Below are positions 1 to 9,836 of a stretch of 64,000 bases of DNA, in pieces (position 1 is the stretch's first letter; every line of letters begins with the position of its first letter). The DNA is taken from positions 12,663 through 76,662 of the IMG/VR virus record IMGVR_UViG_3300044712_002706. One strand, 5' to 3'. Under the pieces are notes generated by a model. That model made no database searches. It was not told the DNA's origin and saw only the letters and a program-made list of their open reading frames with translations. The DNA comes from a virus. The translations under genes were made by a program, and so were the position numbers.

Positions 1-1
1 G

Positions 2-1954
2 CATATTTTCCAGGGGAATGTCATCACCCGCCACATCCGCCCCGAACTGACCGACACCTACGACCTGGGCACGGAAGTGTATTGGTATCGGCAGCAGTTC
101 GTCAGCCAGATCAACGCCACCGTGTTTGCCGAGTCCACGGCGCAGCTCTTGGGCGGGTGGTTCATCATCCCCAAGGATGCAGGCAAGCTGGGGGCGGTGG
201 GGAGTGCCACCACCCAGGTGGACTTCGGCAAAGCCATGACTAGCGGGCATTTTGTTCTGATCAAAGCCCACGACGCCAGCGGGACGATCAAGACCGAGTA
301 CATGCAGGTGGGGTCACTGGTCAGCGGCACGACCTACAACGTCACCCGCGACGTGGCCGGGGCACACACAAGCGATCCGGTCTGGTCGGATGGCACACCC
401 TGGATGTTGCTCGGTACGAGCGGCGACGGGCGCATCGAGCTGAACGCCTACGACACGCCGCGCATCCAGATGGTGGCGCAAGGTGCCGCCTACAACGCCC
501 AATCCGAGCTGCTGCGCATCGGTGACCTGAACGGCAACTGGGGCTATACCGGGCAGACGTTTGGCATGGCCATCGGCGAGCGGGCGACGGGCAAGGTCAA
601 CCTGACGATGGATGCCACCAACGGCTTCCGGGTCTTCCTGAACGCCACCCAACTGGGCCAGTGGGATACCGGTGGCAACATTACCGTCGGCCAGGTGGCG
701 ATGAATATCGGCAACGTGTATCTCTCGTCCACCGGCTACCTGGCGCTGCGTTCGGGCACCAACGGCACAGTCGAACGCCTGCGCCTGAATGCGGACGGCT
801 CAGGCTACCTGGCGAACGCCAACGTCACCTGGAACACCAGCGGGGTGATGACGATTTCGGGCTGGACGATTGACTCAGCTTCCATCCGCAATTCCGCTTC
901 GACCTTCCAACTCCAATCTGGCGGGTATCTGAAAGCGGGCACGGGCATCGACGGGGCGTCCTTTTCCGGCATCGACATCAACGCCAGCGGCATCTTCGGC
1001 TGGTACAACGGGTCGCGCACCTTCAGTGTGTGGTCGTCATCGGCCCTGATTGAAATCTACCCCCTAAAAATCCAGAACAACGTCATCGACGTCGGCTCTG
1101 GTTCGCTGCGAGTCGGCGTGACCAGCCCGTCCAATACCTACCTGAGTACCTATGGCGTTACCGTATCCGGCACATTCCGAACGGACTATTACGCAGCGGG
1201 CGTGCTGACGGCGTATCTGGAGTATGCATCGGGTTTCAACTTCTGGACGAGTGCCAACTCGGCAGTGACCTTCAGCGTGGGTGGGAGCGGGGCCACGGTC
1301 TATGGCAGCTCGCTGAATTTCTACAACGGCTATGGGGGCAGCGCAACGTGGGTGGGGCAGATTTCGGCCAGCGACACCACCTGGCTCAGAATCAACCAGG
1401 ATGTTGCCAAGAACATCTACACCCCGCGCATGTTCCGGGCCGATGGCGGGCTGGCTGCAGGCAACACATCTCCCAACGCCGGTGAAGTTCGAGCCACTTC
1501 GCACATTTATACCGATGGCGTGATTGCCAAATCAACCACCCTATCAACGTGTGTATACAGGTCAACGGCCCAAACCATCGCAACGGGATCATGGGTAGCA
1601 ATCTCGTTTGATACGCTTTTGTGGGACGATTATGGCCCGCACAGTTCGCCCTGGTCGTCTGGAACTCCCACTCGTCTCACTATACGGGTGGCGGGGACAT
1701 ATACCATTTCTGCTCACGTGGATTTTGCATCCAACGCAACCGGCGAAAGGGTTGCCGTTATTCGGATCAATGGTGTTCTTGTCGCTCTCAATGGTGGCTC
1801 TGGCACTGGGCAATCAAAGTCCGTCTCCACGATGTGGAAATGCAGTGTGGGTGACTACATCGAATTCGTTGTATTGCAAACCAGCGGAGGAAACCTGAAT
1901 ACGACCGCATCGGCGTATTACTCGGCCCGCCTGGCGATAGCCAGGATTGCATGA
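2..1954 (+). CDS. Tail fibre/receptor-binding protein, 5' truncated by the window edge
   Basis: Frame is open from base 2 (HIFQGNVITRHIRPELTDTYDLG). It aligns with 55527..57479 (GRIELNAYDTPRIQ, RxGDLNGNWGY) but has a different C-terminus. Confidence 0.8.
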   Translation, partial: HIFQGNVITRHIRPELTDTYDLGTEVYWYRQQFVSQINATVFAESTAQLLGGWFIIPKDAGKLGAVGSATTQVDFGKAMTSGHFVLIKAHDASGTIKTEYMQVGSLVSGTTYNVTRDVAGAHTSDPVWSDGTPWMLLGTSGDGRIELNAYDTPRIQMVAQGAAYNAQSELLRIGDLNGNWGYTGQTFGMAIGERATGKVNLTMDATNGFRVFLNATQLGQWDTGGNITVGQVAMNIGNVYLSSTGYLALRSGTNGTVERLRLNADGSGYLANANVTWNTSGVMTISGWTIDSASIRNSASTFQLQSGGYLKAGTGIDGASFSGIDINASGIFGWYNGSRTFSVWSSSALIEIYPLKIQNNVIDVGSGSLRVGVTSPSNTYLSTYGVTVSGTFRTDYYAAGVLTAYLEYASGFNFWTSANSAVTFSVGGSGATVYGSSLNFYNGYGGSATWVGQISASDTTWLRINQDVAKNIYTPRMFRADGGLAAGNTSPNAGEVRATSHIYTDGVIAKSTTLSTCVYRSTAQTIATGSWVAISFDTLLWDDYGPHSSPWSSGTPTRLTIRVAGTYTISAHVDFASNATGERVAVIRINGVLVALNGGSGTGQSKSVSTMWKCSVGDYIEFVVLQTSGGNLNTTASAYYSARLAIARIA

Positions 1955-2014
1955 TAGCCCTTCATAACGCCCAGGACACAATATTGTCAGAAACTCAGTG
2001 AAAGGAAAACACAA

Positions 2015-2209
2015 ATGCCACAAATTACCCCCCAACAGGCCCTCGACATTCTCGACCGGGCCACCCAGCCGAACGTATCGGACAAACTCAACCGCATTGA
2101 CTACATCAACGTCCAGATGGCCCTGGAGACGCTGGGCCAGTTCGTGCAGGTGCACTCACAGCCAGCGCAACCGGCGAGTGCAGCTGTCAGCCAAAACGCC
2201 AACGCCTGA
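2015..2209 (+). CDS. Small phage protein after the tail fibre (possible fibre chaperone)
   Basis: AAGGA RBS; paralog of 57502..57684 (ITPQQAL-ILD-ATQP, KLNR-DYIN-Q-ALETL). Confidence 0.75.
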   Translation: MPQITPQQALDILDRATQPNVSDKLNRIDYINVQMALETLGQFVQVHSQPAQPASAAVSQNANA

Positions 2210-2253
2210 TGATTTTGAAGGGAAAATATTAAGCTTAAAATCGTCTGAAGGTA

Positions 2254-2330
2254 TTGCAGTGCGCGAAGGATTTGGTAGAATATTTGTACCAGCGCCCGGG
2301 TGCCCCCCTCACTCGGGCGCTGGTGCTTTA
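2254..2330 (+). ncRNA. Putative promoter plus GC hairpin with CCCCCT loop (sRNA and/or terminator)
   Basis: TTGCAG-16-TAGAAT (TGn-extended) followed by CCAGCGCCCGGGTG-CCCCCT-CACTCGGGCGCTGG-TGCTTT. Confidence 0.4.
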
Positions 2331-2416
2331 ATGGATGTTGTGCTGGGTGGATAAGCAATTAATGTATACAGAAAACATCAAATCAATGTGTAGACCTGGA
2401 AGTGCGAACGAGGAAA

Positions 2417-3793
2417 TCAATCAATGTCATAGTCATTTATATTGAGACGCAAAGTTACCCCATTCCAAAGTGTTGATTCGCCTGATTTTAAGGGTGGCAA
2501 TACATATCTCTTGCCATCACTTACTAAGGTAATGGTGGTCTTTCCAGATTCTTTATCGTACCTGGTTACAACAGCTTGATCGATGGGTATAGTTTTTAGT
2601 GCACTAGTTCGCTTGGCGAATTTTGTTGTTACCGGTATAGATAATAACGCCTCGCCACCCATCACTACATCTATTCGAATAGCAAGCGAAATAGCATCTT
2701 TGATAGGATCTTCAAGTCGATTTTGCAGATATTTAGTCATCAAGGCAATATAAATGCCCAAAAAAACTGTGAATAAGATGAGTTGTGGGGAAGTTGAGAA
2801 AATTGAAGCTTGTGGGTTTTCTACAGTTACACTCAGGATGAAATTTTCCAGTGGGTGAGATATTTCCGCTACGGCGCTTTTTTGTGAAATAACCGGAATG
2901 GTCAAGTTAAGATTGAGTAACTGATTTCCTTCTTTATTAGGAGTAACCACCCACAACCATTCAACGGGTAATGAAGAAACCACCACATAGGATTGAGCTT
3001 CTGACGGGCTGATTTCGAAGTTGACGCCTTCCAGTTTAGCAGTCATGACTGGATATATCTGAATACGGCGATTGGTGATTAAGAACGCGTAATTTGGTAA
3101 ATCCCCTAATGTGCTTGCTTCATGTTCTGCGAGTAAACCACCTGGTTCAACATTCGCGTTCAAATATACCTGCGGAACATTCGCAAGCGCGGAATCAGGA
3201 ATGATTTTGAAGCGAACGTAACCCGATTCGCCCACCTTCAGTTTTGTTGGGGCTTCTAGATTGACCGTTCCATACTCCAGCGGCTCAATGGAGAGTTGCG
3301 CTGTATATACGGTTCGGGAATTAACCCGGTCGTACGATTGTTGAATATTCAGATAGGCTATATCTGCAAGGGGAGTGGCCGTTGGGGTTGGTGTTATGGT
3401 CGGCGTGGGGGTATTTGTGGTTGTTGGTGTGATAGTGGGCGTGGATGTGCCAATGATCGCAGTTCTTACAAAGGAACGGGGGGACTTAAAAAACAATAAA
3501 ACAATGGGAATTACTATCAGCGCAACGATCCCGACGATTGCTGGCATTTTGTATTGGGGATATTTATGTTTTGCAGGTAATCCGGGAGCAAGAGGCGGAT
3601 TTTTAACAACCAGAACAGAAACTAACGCGAAGATAGCACCAATAATCAAGACTACGACGATGATGATAATGCCCCTATACCAATTAGCGATGATCAAGAG
3701 AACAAAAGATATGAGCGCGGTTATATACACCGTACCAGTGTTTATTTTGGAAGGAACTTTTCTGAGCCAACCCATCCACTTAGGTTCATTCAT
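2417..3793 (-). CDS. Membrane protein with Pro/Thr linker and beta-rich extracellular domain
   Basis: Three N-terminal hydrophobic segments, TPTITPT repeats, a further TM segment; low GC. Confidence 0.7.
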   Translation of the reverse strand: MNEPKWMGWLRKVPSKINTGTVYITALISFVLLIIANWYRGIIIIVVVLIIGAIFALVSVLVVKNPPLAPGLPAKHKYPQYKMPAIVGIVALIVIPIVLLFFKSPRSFVRTAIIGTSTPTITPTTTNTPTPTITPTPTATPLADIAYLNIQQSYDRVNSRTVYTAQLSIEPLEYGTVNLEAPTKLKVGESGYVRFKIIPDSALANVPQVYLNANVEPGGLLAEHEASTLGDLPNYAFLITNRRIQIYPVMTAKLEGVNFEISPSEAQSYVVVSSLPVEWLWVVTPNKEGNQLLNLNLTIPVISQKSAVAEISHPLENFILSVTVENPQASIFSTSPQLILFTVFLGIYIALMTKYLQNRLEDPIKDAISLAIRIDVVMGGEALLSIPVTTKFAKRTSALKTIPIDQAVVTRYDKESGKTTITLVSDGKRYVLPPLKSGESTLWNGVTLRLNINDYDID

Positions 3794-3834
3794 TTACAAC
3801 GCCTTGTTTTTAGATTCGCTTCCTAATAGCTTGT

Positions 3835-6792
3835 TTACGTCCCAGCCATCTCACTCGCCAGCACATCAAACCACTGCCGCTTCAACATCTCATTCACCTT
3901 CGGCTCTGTTAGCTTCTTGTACAAATCCAGCTTCGTATGCACGAACTCCAGTAACAGCTTGTCGAGCACCTGGTTGAACTTATAGACCTTTGCATCACGC
4001 GGATTGTCGGCTTGCAGCACCGCTTGCAAGCTCTCGTCAGCCACCAGCTTGCTGCGGATGTTTTGGATATCTACGCGGTCTTCTTCGGTGATGTTGACGC
4101 CGTAGGTTTCGTTGAGGGTCTTGATGATGTTGGAGAGCAGGTCTTTCTCATCGGGAGCGCCGGCTTTGCTGCCATTGCTGAAGCCTGGCACGGCTCCATC
4201 CTGCTTGATCAGTTCGATTTCGCCACTGAAGGTTTCCTGCAAGCGGAATGAGTCCAAATCCACCGCATCACGGATTTCATAGGGCAGGCGCTGCCGGCGG
4301 CGGGGGAGTTTGCGGTTGAGCGCTTTGGTAAACGCATACAGCTTTTCCAGGTCGGGGTCTTCGAAGGTGATGATCTGCGAGACGAAGCCATACAGACGGA
4401 TGTATTTTTGCAGTGCCGCCCGGAAATCTTCACGTTCTTCTTCGGGTTTGTAGCCCCATTGCATCACTACCCGATCCAGCACGGGTTGCAGCTTTTCCAT
4501 CGGGATATTCGGCGTGTAGAAGACCTCGGCGAAGTCTTCCACATCTGCATGGGTGAAGACTTCGAAGCCCGCCAGTTCGGTTTGCAGGTCGTAGAGTTTG
4601 TTGGGGTCGGTTTCTTCTTCGAGGGCGGTGGTCTGGTAGTAGGGCTGGAAGGCGGCCTGGATGTCATCGGCCTCGTTGACGAAGTCGAGCACGACGGTTT
4701 CGGTTTTGGCGGGACGCGTGCGGTTCAGGCGGCTGAGCGTCTGCACGGCCTGCACCCCGGCCAGCTTTTTGTCCACGTACATGGTGTGCAGCAGGGGTTC
4801 GTCGAAGCCGGTCTGGAATTTGTTGGCGACCACCAGGATGCGGTATTCGGGGGTCTTGAAGGCATCTTCGATGGCTACCTTGGGCGGCAGATGGTTGAGA
4901 GAGTTTTCGGTGTGCTTCAGGCCGGTTTCAGGGTCGGTCACCTCGCCGGAGAAGGCCACCAGGGGTTTGTAGGCCAGGTGCTTCTCGGCCATGACCTTGG
5001 CGAACATCTGGTAGAACTTGACGGCGTGCAGGCGTGAACGCGTGACGACCATCGCCCGCCCGCGGCCCTGGATGGCGGTGACGGTTTTCTCGAGGAAGTG
5101 GTCGAGCATGATACGCGTCTTTTGCTCGATGGCGTGCGGCTTCAAATCCACTTCAGACATCAGCAGGCGGACGGCCTTTTTCTTTTCGTATTCGCTGTCG
5201 GCGGGGATGGTTTTGACGAGTTTGAAGTAGCGCTGGAAGGTGGTGTAGTTTTTGAGCACATCGAGAATGAAGTTTTCTTCGATGGCCTGACGCATGGAGT
5301 AGATGTGGTGGGCCACGTAATGCCCGTCGGCAGCTTTACGCCCGAAGAGTTCCAGGGTCTTGTTCTTGGGCGTGGCGGTGAAGGCGAAATAGGAGATGTG
5401 CGCCTGGCGGCCGCGGGCGTGAATCTCCTGGACGATCTCGTCTTCGAGATCGAATTCGTCCTGGTCTTCAGCTTCCGCCTGTTCCAGATTGACCGAGAGC
5501 GCCTTCTTGAGATGCTTGGAGGATTCGCCGGACTGGCTGGAGTGGGCTTCATCCACAATCACGGCAAAGCGCCGGCCCTTGAGTTTGGTCATGCTCTCGG
5601 AGATGACGGGAAATTTTTGCAGCGTGGTGACGATGATGGCCTTGCCGGTTTCGAGCGCTTCGCGCAGTTGGGCCGAGTCTTTGTCAATCTTCTTGACCAC
5701 ACCTTCGGTCTGCTCGAACTGCTTGATCGTGTTTTGCAGTTGGCGGTCAAGCACGCGCCGGTCGGTGACGACGATGATCGAATCGAACAGGCGCTCGGTG
5801 TCGCCGGGTTTCTGGTAGAAGCCGGCCAGTTGGTGCGCCAGCCAGGCGATGGAGTTGGATTTGCCCGACCCGGCCGAGTGCTGCACCAGGTAGTTGTGGC
5901 CCACGCCGTCGGCGCGCACCTGGGCCAGGATGTGGCGGACGACATCCAATTGATGGTAGCGGGGGAAGATGAAGGCTTCGTGGGTTTGTTCGACGACGGC
6001 GCCCGCGGCGGGGTCGTAGAGCTTTTCGGGGATGACCTGAACGTGCAGGTAGTTGGCGAGCAGTTCAAGCAGCGTGTCGCGCTGCCACAGGTCTTCCCAC
6101 AGATAGTGGGTCTTGTGGCCGTTCGGGTTGACGGGGTTTTCGGTATCTTTGTTGAAGGGGATGAAGCGGGTTTTGTCGCCCTGCAGGTGGGTGGTCATGC
6201 AGGCTTCTTCGTTGCCGATGGCAAAGTGGACGAGGCAGCGCTTGAAGGCCAGCAGCGGTTCGCCCTGCGGTAGGCGATCTTTCTGGTATTGCTTGAGAGC
6301 TTCCCGGACGAACTGGCCGGTGAGCGAATTTTTGAGTTCGGCAGTCAGCAAGGGGATGCCGTTGAGGAAGATCACCAGGTCAATTTCGTTTTCATTCTTC
6401 TTGCTGTACTTAAGCTGGCGGACGACGGCAAAGCGGTTGCCCTGGTAAAGGGCCTGGTGTTCGGGGTTCATCCCGCTGGCCGGTTTGAAATAGGCCAGGC
6501 GGAACTTGGCCCCCCGGTCGGTGACGCCCTTGCGTAGTACATCCAACGTGCCGCGCTTGGTGATTTCGCGGGCGATGCGTTCCACCAGCTTTTGGGCGGT
6601 TTGGCTGCCGTATTGCAGTTCGAGCTGCTGGAAGGCCTTGGGCTGGGTGGCCTGGATGAAGGCGATGGTTTCGGCGGGCAGCAGGCAGAGTTCTTTGTCG
6701 TAATCACCAGGCGGGCAGGCGTGATAACCGGTAGCCAGCAGATGGGCCTCGATATGCTCTTCAAAATGGATTTCCAGGTAGTTGGAGGGCAT
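3835..6792 (-). CDS. hsdR: Type I restriction enzyme R subunit
   Basis: Nuclease motif D-x-AELKN, Walker A HSAGSGKS, DEAH, FTATPK, QTGFD, QTLSRLNR. Confidence 0.95.
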   Translation of the reverse strand: MPSNYLEIHFEEHIEAHLLATGYHACPPGDYDKELCLLPAETIAFIQATQPKAFQQLELQYGSQTAQKLVERIAREITKRGTLDVLRKGVTDRGAKFRLAYFKPASGMNPEHQALYQGNRFAVVRQLKYSKKNENEIDLVIFLNGIPLLTAELKNSLTGQFVREALKQYQKDRLPQGEPLLAFKRCLVHFAIGNEEACMTTHLQGDKTRFIPFNKDTENPVNPNGHKTHYLWEDLWQRDTLLELLANYLHVQVIPEKLYDPAAGAVVEQTHEAFIFPRYHQLDVVRHILAQVRADGVGHNYLVQHSAGSGKSNSIAWLAHQLAGFYQKPGDTERLFDSIIVVTDRRVLDRQLQNTIKQFEQTEGVVKKIDKDSAQLREALETGKAIIVTTLQKFPVISESMTKLKGRRFAVIVDEAHSSQSGESSKHLKKALSVNLEQAEAEDQDEFDLEDEIVQEIHARGRQAHISYFAFTATPKNKTLELFGRKAADGHYVAHHIYSMRQAIEENFILDVLKNYTTFQRYFKLVKTIPADSEYEKKKAVRLLMSEVDLKPHAIEQKTRIMLDHFLEKTVTAIQGRGRAMVVTRSRLHAVKFYQMFAKVMAEKHLAYKPLVAFSGEVTDPETGLKHTENSLNHLPPKVAIEDAFKTPEYRILVVANKFQTGFDEPLLHTMYVDKKLAGVQAVQTLSRLNRTRPAKTETVVLDFVNEADDIQAAFQPYYQTTALEEETDPNKLYDLQTELAGFEVFTHADVEDFAEVFYTPNIPMEKLQPVLDRVVMQWGYKPEEEREDFRAALQKYIRLYGFVSQIITFEDPDLEKLYAFTKALNRKLPRRRQRLPYEIRDAVDLDSFRLQETFSGEIELIKQDGAVPGFSNGSKAGAPDEKDLLSNIIKTLNETYGVNITEEDRVDIQNIRSKLVADESLQAVLQADNPRDAKVYKFNQVLDKLLLEFVHTKLDLYKKLTEPKVNEMLKRQWFDVLASEMAGT

Positions 6793-6794
6793 GG

Positions 6795-8102
6795 TTAACC
6801 TGCCGTTCTGACGTCAATCTTGCCGGTGACGGCCTCGGAGATGAGGGCGGTGCGGTATTCTTGCAATAACCCGATTTGTTGATTTATAAAAGCGCTTTGC
6901 AACTCAACTTTAGGTTCAAAAGACTCGACTTTAGCGATTATTTCTGCGTGTTCTAACGCTGGTGGTATCGGTATTGGCAAGGCCTTTAACTTCTCATTCG
7001 TCAAATGTCCAAAGGTCGCCTTATCTGAAAGAATGTCAATATAGCCATTCTTGGTTAGAAAATACATCCAGTAATATAGCCATTTTGTGGTTATGTTTTT
7101 TAGCGGCCTGGCACGGTTCAATGAGTTTTGAAAGTAGCATTCTTCTAGTTCCCCGCTCCAAATTGCAGACCTCCCAAGAGTTACACCACCTTCTGTAACT
7201 AATAAATCACCAGGTTGAAGTAAATATCTTTCAAGTTGGTTTTCAGTGAAACCCATTTTGTTTACACCAACTTCATCTAGAAGGATCTTGTTCCAGTGGA
7301 TATTTGCTGCTCTCAAGTAAGGTTTTACCAACTCATATTCTTCTTGTTTAGAACTATCAAGCATTTTCCCAAGTTTGACATCAAAAAAATACCTTACAGT
7401 GGTCATTACCCAATGACTCGGTATCTCCCCCAGCCACTCAATCCCCGAATCCTTCATTGGCACGTCGGGATTCAGCCCCTTGGTCACCGCCTGGTTGATG
7501 AGCGCCGTGCGCTGCTCCTGCAGCAGCTCGATCTGGCGCTGTTTCTTGGCGATCAGACGGTCAATCTGAGCGGTCTTGCGGTCGAGGAAGCTAGCAATAG
7601 CTTGTTGTTCGGGGAGAGGAAAATACGGGAGTTCTAATTCTTGAAAAATATTGAAACTGAATGATGATGAGCGTTCTCGAATTCCTTTTGCAAGTGATTG
7701 AATGAACCCGTTATATGCCATCATCCTAAGCAAATAAGCATAATATTTGGTTGATGCTTCTTTTCTTGGGGTACAAACGGTATAAACTGGTGTGCTTTTG
7801 CCATCTGAATCAGAAACGCCAATCGCTCCAGCAAAACCATCCATTTCGTGGATAACTAAATCACCTTTCCTAATGCCTTGATATCCTATCTCTTTTAGCG
7901 CGATTGTAAAACCCTCTACACGTCTATTTGCTCGTAGTGTTACTTGGCCGTCACGAAATGCTGTGATAATCTCATCTGCTTCTCGTACTGGCCTCTCCAT
8001 CTTTTTGAAAATAAATTTTGCCCTATTAAATGCCCAATGTTCTGGAACTATACCAAGCCAGGAATAACCACTCTTTTTGTACGCTGGATACGGTTTCATC
8101 AA
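6795..8102 (-). CDS. hsdS: Type I R-M specificity subunit
   Basis: Two TRDs with conserved KxSGxxWLGxxPxHW and PLPEQQAI repeats; ends EYRTALISEAVTGKIDVR. Confidence 0.93.
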   Translation of the reverse strand: MMKPYPAYKKSGYSWLGIVPEHWAFNRAKFIFKKMERPVREADEIITAFRDGQVTLRANRRVEGFTIALKEIGYQGIRKGDLVIHEMDGFAGAIGVSDSDGKSTPVYTVCTPRKEASTKYYAYLLRMMAYNGFIQSLAKGIRERSSSFSFNIFQELELPYFPLPEQQAIASFLDRKTAQIDRLIAKKQRQIELLQEQRTALINQAVTKGLNPDVPMKDSGIEWLGEIPSHWVMTTVRYFFDVKLGKMLDSSKQEEYELVKPYLRAANIHWNKILLDEVGVNKMGFTENQLERYLLQPGDLLVTEGGVTLGRSAIWSGELEECYFQNSLNRARPLKNITTKWLYYWMYFLTKNGYIDILSDKATFGHLTNEKLKALPIPIPPALEHAEIIAKVESFEPKVELQSAFINQQIGLLQEYRTALISEAVTGKIDVRTAG

Positions 8103-9826
8103 TCCAAAATCTCCCCCAACAAACCATCGGTCTCGGCTTCGAGTGCCAGGATGTCGGCTTTGATCTCGGCCAGCGAGCGCAAAGGCTTGTACTCGTAGAA
8201 ATACTTGGTGAAGCTGATTTCGTAGCCCACCTTGTCTTTGCTGCGATCCATCCAGGCATCGGGCACATGCGGCAGCACTTCGCGGGCAAAGTAGGCTTCG
8301 ATGTCATCCTTGAGCGGAATTTTCTCGGTATCGCGTAGCGCCGGGTCAGGCTTGGGCTGGCCACCCGCACCTTTCAGCCCTGGTAGACCAGGCTGCTCAG
8401 TTTTCAAAGGCCGCTCGACAGTAACTTTGGTGTAACCGAAATCGGTATTGTCGAAGATTCTGCTGACTTTGCTCTCGGCAAAGGTTGTAAAAATCTCGGT
8501 GATTTGACGAATGTGTTCATCCGTAAAAAACTTGCGTTTACTGCCCAGATTCTTACGCATACTCTCATAAAAATCTATAGCGTTGACGAGCTGCACCTTA
8601 CCTTGGCGGTGTTTAGGTTTCCGGTTGGTGACGACCCAGATGTAGGTGGCGATGCCAGTGTTATAAAACAAATCCATAGGCATGGCGACGACGGCTTCGA
8701 GCATATCGTTCTCGATAATCCACTTGCGGATGTCACTCTCGCCAGAACCGGCGTCGCCGGTGAAGAGCGGCGATCCGTTGAAGATGATGGCGATGCGGCT
8801 ACCGCCGGCCTCCATTTTGGAGATCATGTGCTGCAAGAAGAGCAGCGCCCCGTCGCTGGAACGCGGCAGCCCGGCGTGGAAGCGCCCGTGGGGGTCATTG
8901 GCTTCGTTCTGGATGAAGTTCTCTTCTTTCTTCCAACTGACACCAAAAGGTGGGTTACTGAGCATAAAGCTGAAGCGCTGGCCCTTGAATTTATCCTGCG
9001 TGAAGCTGTTGCCCTGGCGGATGTTCTCGGCGTTTTCGCCCATAATCAACACGTCCGATTTGGCGATGGCGTAGGTCTGTTCGTTGAGTTCCTGGCCGTA
9101 CATCACCACTTCGAGATCGGGGTTGATCTCGTCTTCGATGTATTCTTTAGCCGTGATCAACATACCGCCGGTGCCAGCCGCCGGGTCAAACACGGTGCGG
9201 ATGATGCCCTTGCCCTGTAGCTCGGCCCGGTGCTCTGCAAACAACAGGCTGACCATCAGGCGGATGACTTCACGTGGCGTGTAGTGCTCACCAGCGGTCT
9301 CGTTGCTCATTTCCGAAAAGCGGCGCAGCAGCTCCTCGAAGATATAGCCCATGTCGTGGTTGGTCACGTTGGTGGGGCCGAGATCAACTTCGGTGAATTT
9401 GTCCACCAGCAAGAAAAGCAGATCATTCTTGGCGAGTTTGGCGATGATCTTGTCCAACTGGAAGTTTTCGATGATCTCGCGCACGTTGCGGCTGTAGCCG
9501 TTGAGATAGTTACCGAAATTGAGTTCGATGTTCTTGGCATCCTGGGCCAGGCGGCGCAGGTCATAGAACGAGTGATTGTAGAAGTTCAGTCCCCCGGCAG
9601 CCTGCTGCAAAATGGGGATGATCTGCTCCTCGTTGAGGGCGGCCTTGAACTGCTCGTGGGCCTTGATGACGGCGTCTTTGTTGGCTTCGAGCACCATGTC
9701 CAGGCGACGCAGAACGACGAAGGGCAGGATCACGTCGCCGTATTCGTGGGCTTTGAAGGCACCGCGCAGGGCGTCGTCGGCGACAGTCCAGATGAAGTTG
9801 GCTTTTTCGGAGAAGTTGTTGGGCAT
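8099..9826 (-). CDS. hsdM: Type I R-M methyltransferase subunit
   Basis: GEHYTPREV, DPAAGTGG and NPPF motifs. Start placed at MPNNFSEKANF. Confidence 0.95.
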   Translation of the reverse strand: MPNNFSEKANFIWTVADDALRGAFKAHEYGDVILPFVVLRRLDMVLEANKDAVIKAHEQFKAALNEEQIIPILQQAAGGLNFYNHSFYDLRRLAQDAKNIELNFGNYLNGYSRNVREIIENFQLDKIIAKLAKNDLLFLLVDKFTEVDLGPTNVTNHDMGYIFEELLRRFSEMSNETAGEHYTPREVIRLMVSLLFAEHRAELQGKGIIRTVFDPAAGTGGMLITAKEYIEDEINPDLEVVMYGQELNEQTYAIAKSDVLIMGENAENIRQGNSFTQDKFKGQRFSFMLSNPPFGVSWKKEENFIQNEANDPHGRFHAGLPRSSDGALLFLQHMISKMEAGGSRIAIIFNGSPLFTGDAGSGESDIRKWIIENDMLEAVVAMPMDLFYNTGIATYIWVVTNRKPKHRQGKVQLVNAIDFYESMRKNLGSKRKFFTDEHIRQITEIFTTFAESKVSRIFDNTDFGYTKVTVERPLKTEQPGLPGLKGAGGQPKPDPALRDTEKIPLKDDIEAYFAREVLPHVPDAWMDRSKDKVGYEISFTKYFYEYKPLRSLAEIKADILALEAETDGLLGEILD

Positions 9827-9836
9827 GGGGAGAAAG

